From: Macrostomum hystrix | Taxonomy: Eukaryota; Animalia; Platyhelminthes | DNA: 64,000 nucleotides | Reading direction: 5' to 3' | Assembly (NCBI GenBank): GCA_950097015.1 | Contig: CATNEN010000003.1 | Location: forward strand, 2,604,001 to 2,668,000 | In this document: positions 25,505 through 34,369 of the stretch, in pieces | Layout of the letters: every line of letters starts with the position of its first letter | How positions within the stretch are numbered: position 1 is the stretch's first letter | Made by a program: the position numbers and the translations under genes | Notes under the pieces: generated by a model | Database searches by the model: none | What the model was told of the DNA's origin: nothing | The model's input: the letters and a program-made list of their open reading frames with translations, nothing else

Positions 25505-26314
25505 GTTGCTGCTGCTGCTACTGCTGCTGCCACTGCTGCTGCTGCTGCTGCTGCTGCTGCCGTTGCTGCTGCTGCTGCTGCCGTTGCTGCTGCCGTTGCT
25601 GCTGCTGCCACTGCTGCTGCTGCTGCTGCTGCTGCCGTTGCTGCTGCCGTTGCTGCTGCTGCTGCTGCCGTTGCTGCTGCTGCTGCTGCCGTTGCTGCTG
25701 CCGCTGCTTCTGCATCTTCTGCATTAGCTTTCAAAAAAGGGCCCCGATTTCCCAAAAGGGCATTGTTGATTGCTCCTTGCCGAATCAATAGGGTGTCGGA
25801 CTTTAATGTCAGTGATTTGAACTTCTATTTCGAGTTGTAAGGTTAAAATTGGATACAAAGTGGCGACACACGTAATTACACTGAATCTGTCGCCCCGCAA
25901 TCACAGGTGAAACGGAAGCAGATTGAGAGGGCTCGTTCAGCTCGTGAGCAACAGGCTGGCGACGAAGTCGATGGAGAGCCAATCTCCCCGACTGTCGGAG
26001 CTTCACCAGTCGGCCCTGACAAGCAGCCTGACCAGTTGAATTTCGAAGAAGGCTGCAATAAAGTTGTCAACACGCGGCGCAATCTGGACCTTGAAGCCGC
26101 TCAGGACTACAACCTCTGCATGGACGCCAGGATTCCTGGAAATGGAGTCAGCAGCTTCACCGACGAACTAGAGCCACCGCCGCCGCCGAAGCCCTATATG
26201 CCGCGCGAATGCTACTCGTCGATCCCCTTTATGCAGCCGAGCGGCAGTGACCACAATAGCGAGGCTAGTGGCTGGCGAGCTCACAGCGAGGTTGTCGGTG
26301 ATCTTAGCGATTAA
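11799..26314 (+). CDS. P2X: P2X purinergic receptor (ATP-gated cation channel), 7 coding exons, about 520 aa
   Basis: Exons 11799-12009, 20796-20976, 21445-21610, 22798-23038, 23922-24042, 24113-24347, 25907-26314; all GT-AG with compatible phases, total 1563 nt. Motifs: YETQK (YxTxK), TM1, TTKLKG, WDVAD, 10 ectodomain Cys, ENFT, GWNFR, RTLVKAYGI, TM2 NLGSGLALLTLATVLCD, YRQAK (YxxxK). Confidence 0.96.
12052..12865. repeat. 17-bp minisatellite TAATCTACTCACCTATC (P2X intron 1)
   Basis: Direct inspection. Confidence 0.95.
13641..14201. repeat. 33-bp minisatellite GATGATAAGAGATTGATTTCCATAGAGTGACAA, about 17 copies
   Basis: Direct inspection. Confidence 0.96.
14690..16150. repeat. 16-18 bp minisatellite CATCTCACCCTCTCTCTA
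   Basis: Direct inspection. Confidence 0.96.
16555..19322. repeat. 20-22 bp minisatellite CCTCAGTTTCTCACACTCTCTC, drifting to CATCAGTTTCTCAAATTCTGTC at the right end
   Basis: Direct inspection. Confidence 0.96.
19702..19945 (+). mobile_element. tRNA-derived CORE-like SINE, 5'-truncated copy
   Basis: B box GGTTCGATTCC 19735-45; CACCCAGCTGTTAAATGGGT 19807-26; homologous to the minus-strand copy at 21095-21398. Confidence 0.75.
20414..20729. repeat. 41-bp tandem repeat, about 7.7 copies, just upstream of P2X exon 2
   Basis: CCACTGAGAGGCTAGACTAGCAATCCATTCTGTTCCTTCAC. Confidence 0.95.
21095..21398 (-). mobile_element. tRNA-derived CORE-like SINE
   Basis: Minus strand: CTTGTGGTTAGGGCGTC, GTTCGATTCC (B box), TGTGTCCTTTAGCTAGACGCTTAAC...CACCCAGCTGTTAAATGGGT, resembling the CORE domain. 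Shares 20-, about 35- and 22-bp blocks with 19702-19945. Confidence 0.8.
21955..22064 (+). mobile_element. tRNA-derived Pol III cassette (SINE/retrozyme-like) carrying the hammerhead
   Basis: A box TAGCCTAATGG 21962-72, B box GGTTCGAATCC 22039-49, T6 terminator 22059-64. No acceptor-stem pairing, so not a functional tRNA. Confidence 0.7.
21981..22040 (+). ncRNA. Type I hammerhead ribozyme (Schistosoma Sm-alpha-like architecture)
   Basis: Stem I ACTCTA(21990-95)/TGGAGT(22027-32), extended by CTAGGC/GCCTTGG; core CTGATGA 21996-22002; stem II GCT/AGC with loop CCAATAAT; GAAA 22017-20; palindromic minimal stem III ACGCGT; cleavage triplet GTC, cut after 22026. Confidence 0.85.
23135..23823. repeat. 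62-bp tandem repeat, about 11 copies, filling P2X intron 4
   Basis: GGGAGTGGGGTGGTGGGTGTTGTTTATTCTAGAAATGTCGGGCTAGTATTCTCTGTAGGTCA. Confidence 0.96.
25376..25707. repeat. Interrupted (CTG)n tract, about 110 triplets, P2X intron 6
   Basis: CTG runs with CCGTTG, CTA, CCA and GTG interruptions. Confidence 0.96.
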
Positions 26315-26367
26315 GCAACTAATCACTCAGATCCTGGCATTCGTTAATCGATAATTAACGACTTCTC

Positions 26368-26560
26368 ACAAGAGTTTCTAAAAATAGCCAGCCTTTTGTA
26401 AAACGTTCAGAAAGGGATTCCCGACAAGAGTTTCTAAAAATAGCCAGCCTTTTGTAAAATGTTAAGAAAGGGATTCCCCACAAGATTTTCTAAAAATAGC
26501 CAGCCTATGTTAAAACGTTCAGAAAGGGATTCCCCACAAGAGTTTCTAAAAATAGCCAGA
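26368..26560. repeat. 56-bp tandem repeat, about 3.5 copies, in the P2X 3' UTR
   Basis: ACAAGAGTTTCTAAAAATAGCCAGCCTTTTGTAAAACGTTCAGAAAGGGATTCC. Confidence 0.85.
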
Positions 26561-28306
26561 ATATTAAAACTGCAGTATTTAGCCTTTTCAATTCGAACTT
26601 ACCAGCTCTAGCAAGATTTGCACGCGAATCTTTTTTTTACTCAGAAAGGTGTCAGTCGAGTGGACGACTAGGAGGACTTTGACTCTATTTTCATAACCAC
26701 ACCAACTTTGACATAGCATATTTCGCGATGGAACTTTACGCCTACAAAAAACAAGCATTCTACATAATTTTTTAAGCGATCTGAAGGATTTCACACGTTA
26801 GTTTTTGACGATAAGAAAATATTTTTTTTGCTCCCGTGTTGTCAATTTGTTGGGCTGGCTTCAATAACCAGCTTGTCATTGTTATTAAAGTTCAATAGAT
26901 GTTGTGTACTTTTTCGCCTAGTTTCTTGGTCTATCCTCATTCTAGTCCTCTCGCTACTATTCTCAGAATCTATATCAATCACTTTCACGAATATCTTATC
27001 CCGAATCAATTAATTTTCCCTGTTCCTAATCTTAGCTTATCCTGATTTAGCCTCATTAGTACTGAAAGTTCTCAGTGCGAATCCAGCCGATTTTCTTAAA
27101 CTATAGCCGATTTTCTCGGCTTCAAGCATTCCTTGCAGGCGAAACATTCCAGGCCCTGCAATGGGAAATGGATTTATGGTGTTGAAGCAGCAGCAGCAGC
27201 AGCAGCAGCAGCTAGTATAGCACCACTGATAGTCAGAAATCTATAATGACCATCGCTAGAGGTCGGCAAGACACACACAGGGAAAAGCGAAAATGAACAA
27301 ACACACAGCAGCTTTTTGTGCAACAGTCCAGCACACAACCAGATCGACTCCAAGAACTTAAACTGTGCCCTCGTGCTGCATGCTATTGAAAGATTTATGG
27401 AGTAGCTGCCACTTTCTCTGCTTCTCCGATTCTCTCTTTCCTCACCCCGCTCACAAAACGGCAAAAGTGCATCGTTTTTTTTATTACGTGTTGTTAACGA
27501 ATAATTTGACTGCTGCCTCTGCTGCGTTATACAATTATTGTGTTGTCTTTTCTGAACAGATAATTAAAAGCGATTTATTTTTCATTTTTTTATGTTTATA
27601 AAAGGAACGGACAATTTAAAACTAACGAACTTTGTTGTTTTCTGTAAGTCCTTAGTCCTTTTTATGGCGGATTCGCTGGCGCAACCCTACACTTTTTAAG
27701 GCGCCAAAAAATAGAATGTACACTGAATGAAGTTGGTCTGATTTTCTTACCCTCGCTAATTCCTGATTGGCTAGCGCAACCCTACGCTCTTGGGGGGAGA
27801 AGGCACAAAAACTCCAGTGTGCACTAAGTGAAGTCGGTCTCGCTCGCTGATTGTGGATTGGCTGGAGCAACTCACGCTTTGGGGACGAAAATAGCAGCAG
27901 GCGTCGAACAAAGAACAAGATTTTTTGCGATCAACCCTATTCTTATGGGACATGCACGAGCGTGTAGCATTTTTCTTGCTTACCTGACAAATTGAACGTA
28001 TATTTATAGAAATCTTTTTTTGACAGAAAAATACCTTTCATGTGAATGCCTACTCAAGCGATTTCCTAGAGTTTAAAAATAATGAGGAAGAATCATGAAA
28101 AAAAGTTGTATTTTTTTCGGAGCCGAGTAGTCGTCGCTCTGCAATAACTGTTTGCCTTTACCGAGGACGCTTTTAGCTTCATTGCATTGTCTTTCAATCA
28201 CAATGCAATAAAAAATGTATTTGCTGGAACAAAGAAATTTCTAGCATTGATTATTGAATACAAATCAGATTTTCTTTCATAACAGGCTTCTGAAGTGAAA
28301 TTAGTA

Positions 28307-28989
28307 CATGACCCACTGAATCCATGACCCACTGAATCCATGACCCACTGAACCTATGACCCACTGAATCTATGACCCACTGAATCCATGAACCACTTGT
28401 ATCCATGACCCACTGAATCCATGACCCACTGAATCCATGACCCACTGAATCCATGACCCACTGAATCCATGACCCACTAAATCTATGACCCACTGAATCC
28501 ATGACCCACTGAATCTATGACCCACTGAATCCATGACCCACTGAATCCATGACCCACTGTATCCATGACCCACTGAATCCATGAACCACTTGTATCCATG
28601 ACCCACTGAATCCATGACCCACTGAATCCATGACCCACTGAATCCATGACCCACTGAATCCATGAACCACTGTATCCATGACCCACTGAATCCATGACCC
28701 ACTGAATCCATGACCCACTGAATCCATGACCCACTGAATCCATGACCCACTGAATCCATGACCCACTGAATCCATGAACCACTGAATCCATGAACCACTG
28801 TATCCATGACCCACTGAATCCATGAACCACTTGTATCCATGACCCACTGAATCCATGAACCACTTGTATCCATGACCCACTGAATCCATGACCCACTTGT
28901 ATCCATGACCCACTGAATCCATGACCCACTGAATCCATGACCCACTGAATCCATGAGCCACTGAATCTATGACCCACTGTATCCATGAC
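28307..28989. repeat. 16-bp minisatellite ATGACCCACTGAATCC
   Basis: Direct inspection. Confidence 0.96.
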
Positions 28990-29138
28990 GAAGTGTGTCT
29001 ATGACCAATATAATTAATGACTAAAAAGTTTTGATTTTCTCATGCTTTTTGCCGAAACCCAAACACCTCAGTAACTAAAGAGCCCTAAAAGACACTGACA
29101 CGGCTCAAATCAGGTGAGTTGTCTAATCGCACTTAAGT

Positions 29139-30275
29139 TCAGATTTCAACTTTGCAGCGCCATCTCGCTTCCTGTCCAGGCGCAAGCGACAGAGCCAGGT
29201 TCAATTCTTGACAGCATCCATCGACTGGCCGCGATGTCTGCAGGAGGTGCTGGAATTCTGACGGTTTCCTACCGTCGTGCAGCCGACGGAACTGCAGGCG
29301 CAGAGTCAGTCGCATGGCCTGCGCGGGCCTCAGTGGTCGCAGAGGCACGGAGCTGGCCGACAGTGGTAGGCTGAAGCTGAACGGCGGCTGATGAAGCCAC
29401 TCAGCAGCTGCGCCACCGTCATAGCCGAGGCCGACGTTGGACAGCATCGTGGACGCAAATTCTTCGTCGGGATCTGACAGCCACACAGTCACCTGGTCTT
29501 GGCTAGTTCGCACTCGAAGGCGACATCGAAAAATCCAAAACAGCCGAGGCTGCGGCTGCTGCTTATCGGTGAGCGACAACGGAGACAGGAGTCTCGTCAG
29601 CAGTGCGGCGCACGATGTTGCCACTCGCTCGTCGGCCTCAGTGTCTAGCGACGTACGCGGAAGACCGCACACAACCAGACGATGCTGACGACGACATTGA
29701 AATCTTCCTTGAAGCCATTCGAAAATCTGAGAAGACACCTGACTGTGAATTCGACCGAGGACTAGAACCAGATCGGTCGATTTGAAAGCTGAAGCGATGA
29801 CGTCATGTTTGATGATGACGTCATCGCCGGCAAGCGGGCGCGAGAGAGGAGCGCCGCATGTCGGGCAGGATCGTCGGCTCTGTTGGAAGTCATCGCTGTC
29901 CCGAATCGGTGTGTCCCAATCGACAGCCAGACTGCAGCGGGAATTTCGCCGCAGGCATTTGCGCAGATCTCGATTTCCGCAGATCTCGAGCAGTTTGGCA
30001 GGCGGAAATCCGGCCCGACGAAGTCCGCCATCGGAGCTGTCAACAATGGCCGAGCTGATTAAGCCGGCGAATGCCAGGGACGCCAGTGCCAGATGGCCGA
30101 CGCTGGGCGGGCTGCAACTGCCGCGACTGTCAAAGTCCCATCCTAGAATGGCGAGCACACGACCTTTGTTGATCACAGCCTGGGTAATCCAGGAGCCAAT
30201 CACAGCTGCCTGACGGTTGAGGGTTGCCGGCGAGGCTTCGGAAAGAGGTTGACGGTAATTATACCTGCGGCTCAT
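29139..30275 (-). CDS. Class IV sirtuin (SIRT6/SIRT7-like) homologue with degenerate catalytic motifs, about 378 aa; probable pseudoenzyme
   Basis: PSVGHLALASLAFAGLISSAIVDSSDGGLRRAGFPPAKLLEICGNRDLRKC aligns to SIRT6 [51 protein letters not shown]. Also TDLVLVLG, RLVVCGLPRTSLDTEADERV and 4 Zn-finger Cys. ATG 30275 follows acceptor ttttccgtgcag|ca; candidate upstream donor GG|GTAAG at 30873/30872. Confidence 0.8.
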   Translation of the reverse strand: MSRRYNYRQPLSEASPATLNRQAAVIGSWITQAVINKGRVLAILGWDFDSRGSCSPPSVGHLALASLAFAGLISSAIVDSSDGGLRRAGFPPAKLLEICGNRDLRKCLRRNSRCSLAVDWDTPIRDSDDFQQSRRSCPTCGAPLSRPLAGDDVIIKHDVIASAFKSTDLVLVLGRIHSQVSSQIFEWLQGRFQCRRQHRLVVCGLPRTSLDTEADERVATSCAALLTRLLSPLSLTDKQQPQPRLFWIFRCRLRVRTSQDQVTVWLSDPDEEFASTMLSNVGLGYDGGAAAEWLHQPPFSFSLPLSASSVPLRPLRPAQAMRLTLRLQFRRLHDGRKPSEFQHLLQTSRPVDGCCQELNLALSLAPGQEARWRCKVEI

Positions 30276-30529
30276 TGCTGCACGGAAAATTAATAAAACC
30301 GTGTTGTATGCTTTTCTAATTGACATGGCAATATGAGAAAACCAGGCTTGAAGAAAATATGAGGGTGAAAAGATGAGAAGCGGAAATGACAAGTAAATAA
30401 GGGAAGAGTGACAAGAGGAATTGATAAATAGACAGCAGGAGATGAGCAAAAGGACCGCAATAATATTAATAACTTTTGCAGGAGGGCTGCGAGGAGGCAA
30501 TTCTGCCCATTTCGCTGACTCCTGAGCAC

Positions 30530-30757
30530 ACACGCACACAGGTGTGTACATCTGCCCTGACTTTCTCATCAACAGGCAGGGTACACTCTCACTGAGCCTT
30601 GGAGGTTGGTCCTCAAGGGTATAAATTGCACGACAAGCCCCCAAGCCTTCTCTCCGCGGCTGCGCCCCTATTTTAATGTGGCCTCGCCGCGGAATCGAGC
30701 TCAGGGACCTTGTTGCGAGAGGCAAACAAGTTAGACTGCTCTGCCACCGACCCCCTG
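30530..30757 (-). mobile_element. tRNA-derived SINE in the putative first intron of the sirtuin-like gene
   Basis: Minus strand CAGGGGGTCGGTGGCAGAGCAGTCTAAC (A-box-like) and GAGCTCGATTCC (B-box-like), GC-rich body. Confidence 0.55.
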
Positions 30758-31258
30758 CAATAGGACCATTAAACTGATGTCGATTGTAGGTCGATTCCGG
30801 AAGAATTTATTAACAAAGAAACTTGTAAATATCTATAAGTAAAAATCGACAACAAAGAGCATGGAATCTTACCCCTGGATTGTAATTCGGCTAAGCTTGT
30901 CGCTGCGTTCAAATATCGACTTTCTGTGCTCGCAGCGGAGTCTTGACTGCTCCGAATGACACACAGAGCTTCAGGTCTTTAAAAGCGCACCAGTCTTGCG
31001 AGTACATGGCTTCCATTTCCATCCGATAGTAATTAAATGCATAATTAATGTGCAATCCGCTGCCTGACAATTCAGCCAAATTGTTTGCGCTTGACTCGTC
31101 AGGCTGATTAATATTTCATGGCGTGCCTCTCCTGTGTCGCGTTGTTTTTTTGTCAAGATTGCGTGCACAAGCCCGTATTAAAACTCGTTTATTACCCGAT
31201 ATTATGAGATGCCCAGAGTTAAATAACGCTATTGTTGCTATCTCTTTAATTGTGACGG

Positions 31259-31297
31259 CCAATCAAGAGTGCCTACCAATCGGCGCCGCCAACCAAT
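31259..31297. promoter_or_regulatory. Triple CCAAT box (NF-Y-type), likely promoter of the sirtuin-like gene
   Basis: CCAAT at 31259, 31276 and 31293 (17-bp period) in a CpG-rich patch about 250-400 bp upstream of the putative first exon. Confidence 0.5.
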
Positions 31298-33031
31298 CGG
31301 CGCACAGCTAGCGGGCAGGAAATTTAATTGGAGTGAGGTGGGTGAATCGCTGCTTACTCATCTTAATGCATCTAAATGCATCTGCATGCATTTGTAGCAT
31401 AAATGTATTTATGTACGTAGTCTTGGATTAGCTTAATTAAAAACTAAACTAATGCTATTTACAAATAATTTCGGATCTGGTCCCAAGCCTGTCAATTTAA
31501 TTGGTTAATACGCCACAATTCATCTGCTTCTACTCCTAAGAAAGATTGGCTGAATTTTCTATTTATCTTAGTGTGCCATGTGGTAGAATTATTGGAACGA
31601 AAAAATGTCAATTTTCATCTGACGAAACCCAGACGAGAGAAGCAATGATAGAAGAGACTGATAGTGGGACAGAAGTGTCACTTAGTTTTTAGAAACACGC
31701 TTCTGTCACCTGTAACGCTTTCCCAGCAGAAAACATAGCAGGCAGTTGGTTCCCTACATCCCCATGCCAGGTGATTGCCTAAATAACTTGGCAACAGCAT
31801 GGGAGGCCACCTGGGCGGCATGCAGCACTGTCACAGAGGGGGGAGAAAGGAAATATCTTCGCATCTTCCAGTGTACACAAGTCTTCAAGTTTGGTTCTTC
31901 TCTGTACTTTAAAAAACGCAACCCTGGCGGCAGGATTTCTTTCTCCCATCCTCTCATTTTTGTCAATTCGTGGAGCAGCCAGCGAAACTGGGGAGCTGGA
32001 AGAAGTGTGTGTGTGTGAAAATGAGGATAGTGAATATCCCACTTAGGGCTGCAGGGCAGAGCGATTGAATTCTCAGCTCAGCTTCTATTTGTTCAGTCAT
32101 CCAAGTAGTGCATCCTGCATCTCAGGACAGGTGTGGGGTGTCTGCTGTCTCTCTGTCTCAAATTTCGAGACCCGGGCAAAATCTTGAATATGAAGATGAC
32201 GCCATTGTGTAGATTCGTGAGTGTACACGCAAACATTATTTCTCAGAAGGTGTGAAAGGTGGCAAATTAATACGCACAAGTTGTGAACAAAGCGGTGAAT
32301 TATATTCAGTTGTTATATAAGACTTGCATGCTTTCTTAAGTCGAAAATCTTTGCACTTATATTATTATCTCTTTAATAACAAAGATTGCTACAAATGGAT
32401 ATAGTTACAGACAGGGGCATTTTATAACACAAAAGAGGGTCAGTGCTTAACTTAAGATGAGAAAGGTTATGATTATGCGAATGTCAAACACTGATGACAA
32501 GACGAGACTAAAAAAGCGAATGATATCTTTTAGTTAGTGCCAATGTACATTAACAAGTACGTACATTACTAGCCAGCCTACCCCCACCTCACGCCACTTT
32601 CTCTGTTCGCTTTACAAACTTACAGCCACCTCACTCCGCACTCAAGCCATAGAAAAAAATATAAATAATTGGCTGCATACTGAAGGATTTAACGATTAGC
32701 TTAACCACTCGCAATTCGTTAGGAAAAGTTTTTTGGAAAGAAAATATAAATAAATTCAGATTGCAAAATACGTTTCTAATTCGCTACCTAGCTTTCTCCT
32801 ATCCCTGATCCTAGCCTAGGAAGTCACCATTCTGTAACTGGAGTCATTAAAAATAAATTTTAACCATCATAGGTTCATTAATATGGGTCCCAATCGTGTT
32901 CTAATCTCGTAGTAAACACGACCGACAACCTGCCTGACAATCAGAAAGTCAAGGCACGTGTGTTAGTGTCCATCTTTGGACTGTAAAACACCCTTATATG
33001 CATATTTGGTCCGAGAAAAAATCTTGATCGA

Positions 33032-34333
33032 TCAATCATAGAGCGAATCATGCGATCTAGCTAGCTTCTCAGCCTGATGAGAGCTGTCGCACGGCAATGC
33101 GACTTCTCCGCTGCTGGCAGCGCTGACGCCTTCGCCTCCGACGCCGCCGCTCGGGCCGCCGCTGCCACCGTTGTTGCCGTACAGACAGCGCAGGTGAACA
33201 GTTTCCAGAGCCTGCGAGTCCGCGCCTGACGTCATGTCGGCTGCGGCGTCGGCGCCAGCGGCGGCAGCTTCAGCGGCGCGACGACAGACGCGGCAGACGA
33301 GCGGGCGCGCGGCCAGGCGGCAGACGTCGCTGCGGAACTTGGCCGAGCTAGCCGAGTATACGAAGAAGTTCAACAGGGAGTCGGTGACTGACAGCACATT
33401 GGTGATGGTGTCCGGGTGGATCGGCAAAGTGTCCAGCAGGCCGGGCGAGACGTTTAGCAGGGTGGTGGACACGAAGGTCGGGAACTCGAGCACGGAGAAC
33501 AGGATGGCCAGTCCGAGTACCATCTGGCTGGCGCGCCGGGAGCTCAGGGTTCTCTTCTGCTGCTGGCTACGGCCTGGCGTCTGACGACACGAGTGGCCGC
33601 AGCGCTTCGCGGGCCGGCTGCGCCTGATCTTCACCCACATCACCACCGTGGGAATGGGGATCAGCACGGTTGGGATTAACGACTGGAATGTGTAGGTGGC
33701 CCACTGAGTGCTGGAGCCAGTCATGAGAGGCCGGATCACCACGACGCCGGGTAAGTTGACGCACAGGGTGCCCATGCTGGACAGGTTGTTCAGCACAGCC
33801 AGTAGGAGGGCCACGACAATTACGGCGCAGAACATGCCAGCTAGCCGACTGCGGCTGAACAGAAGGAAGCGTCGAGATGCCAACGGCCTGGTGATGACCT
33901 CGCACCGGGCCAGGCTGATCAGCAGGACGTTCCAGTTGCGAATGGACATCAGGGTGTTGATGCCGATGTGCACGCAGGTTGTCACGGTGTAGCTGGTGAC
34001 AGAGTGCCAGTGCTCAAAGTTGCTTCTCACAATGCCAGTCTCCACTAGGAGGATGCACTGCAAGCAGATCTCAGTGCAAGAGATTGACAGCAGCGAGAAG
34101 CGCACGGCCCTGTTGTCGAACTTCTGCTTGGCGAAGACGAACAATGAGAGCGAGTTGGCGACTAGGGCCACGGCTGCAATCGGGAAGATGATGAGGCTGT
34201 TGAATTTCTCCGTCTGCACATAGTCGTGGTCGTGCTTGCTGATGGTGTCGTTGGGCTCGGATTCGTTGCAGAAGTCCCTGGTGTAATACAGCATCTCCCG
34301 ACTCTGGCTGCGAATGGAACGTGAAATTCTCAT
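33032..34333 (-). CDS. Rhodopsin-family (class A) 7TM orphan GPCR, peptide-receptor-like, single coding exon, about 433 aa
   Basis: Seven hydrophobic segments; TM1 VANSLSL, TM3 end RNWNVLLISLARCEVITRPL, TM5 FQSLIP, TM6 LEFP, TM7 DSLLNFFVY followed by KFR helix 8; N-glycosylation sites NES and NDT. ATG 34333 follows acceptor ttcctag (exon start 34346); ATG 34294 is an alternative start. Confidence 0.88.
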   Translation of the reverse strand: MRISRSIRSQSREMLYYTRDFCNESEPNDTISKHDHDYVQTEKFNSLIIFPIAAVALVANSLSLFVFAKQKFDNRAVRFSLLSISCTEICLQCILLVETGIVRSNFEHWHSVTSYTVTTCVHIGINTLMSIRNWNVLLISLARCEVITRPLASRRFLLFSRSRLAGMFCAVIVVALLLAVLNNLSSMGTLCVNLPGVVVIRPLMTGSSTQWATYTFQSLIPTVLIPIPTVVMWVKIRRSRPAKRCGHSCRQTPGRSQQQKRTLSSRRASQMVLGLAILFSVLEFPTFVSTTLLNVSPGLLDTLPIHPDTITNVLSVTDSLLNFFVYSASSAKFRSDVCRLAARPLVCRVCRRAAEAAAAGADAAADMTSGADSQALETVHLRCLYGNNGGSGGPSGGVGGEGVSAASSGEVALPCDSSHQAEKLARSHDSLYD

Positions 34334-34369
34334 GTTCGATATTCGCCTAGGAATGAATCCCATCCCCAT

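Noticed and set aside
25276-25791. Poly-Cys, poly-Leu, poly-Ala and poly-Gln ORFs
   Set aside because: Frames of the intronic CTG tract; P2X exon 6 joins exon 7 in frame without them.
30276-30725. N-terminal 150 aa of the 528-aa ORF, including an apparent hydrophobic segment
   Set aside because: It runs through a SINE and pyrimidine-rich intron-like sequence upstream of a good acceptor at 30278; probably not coding.
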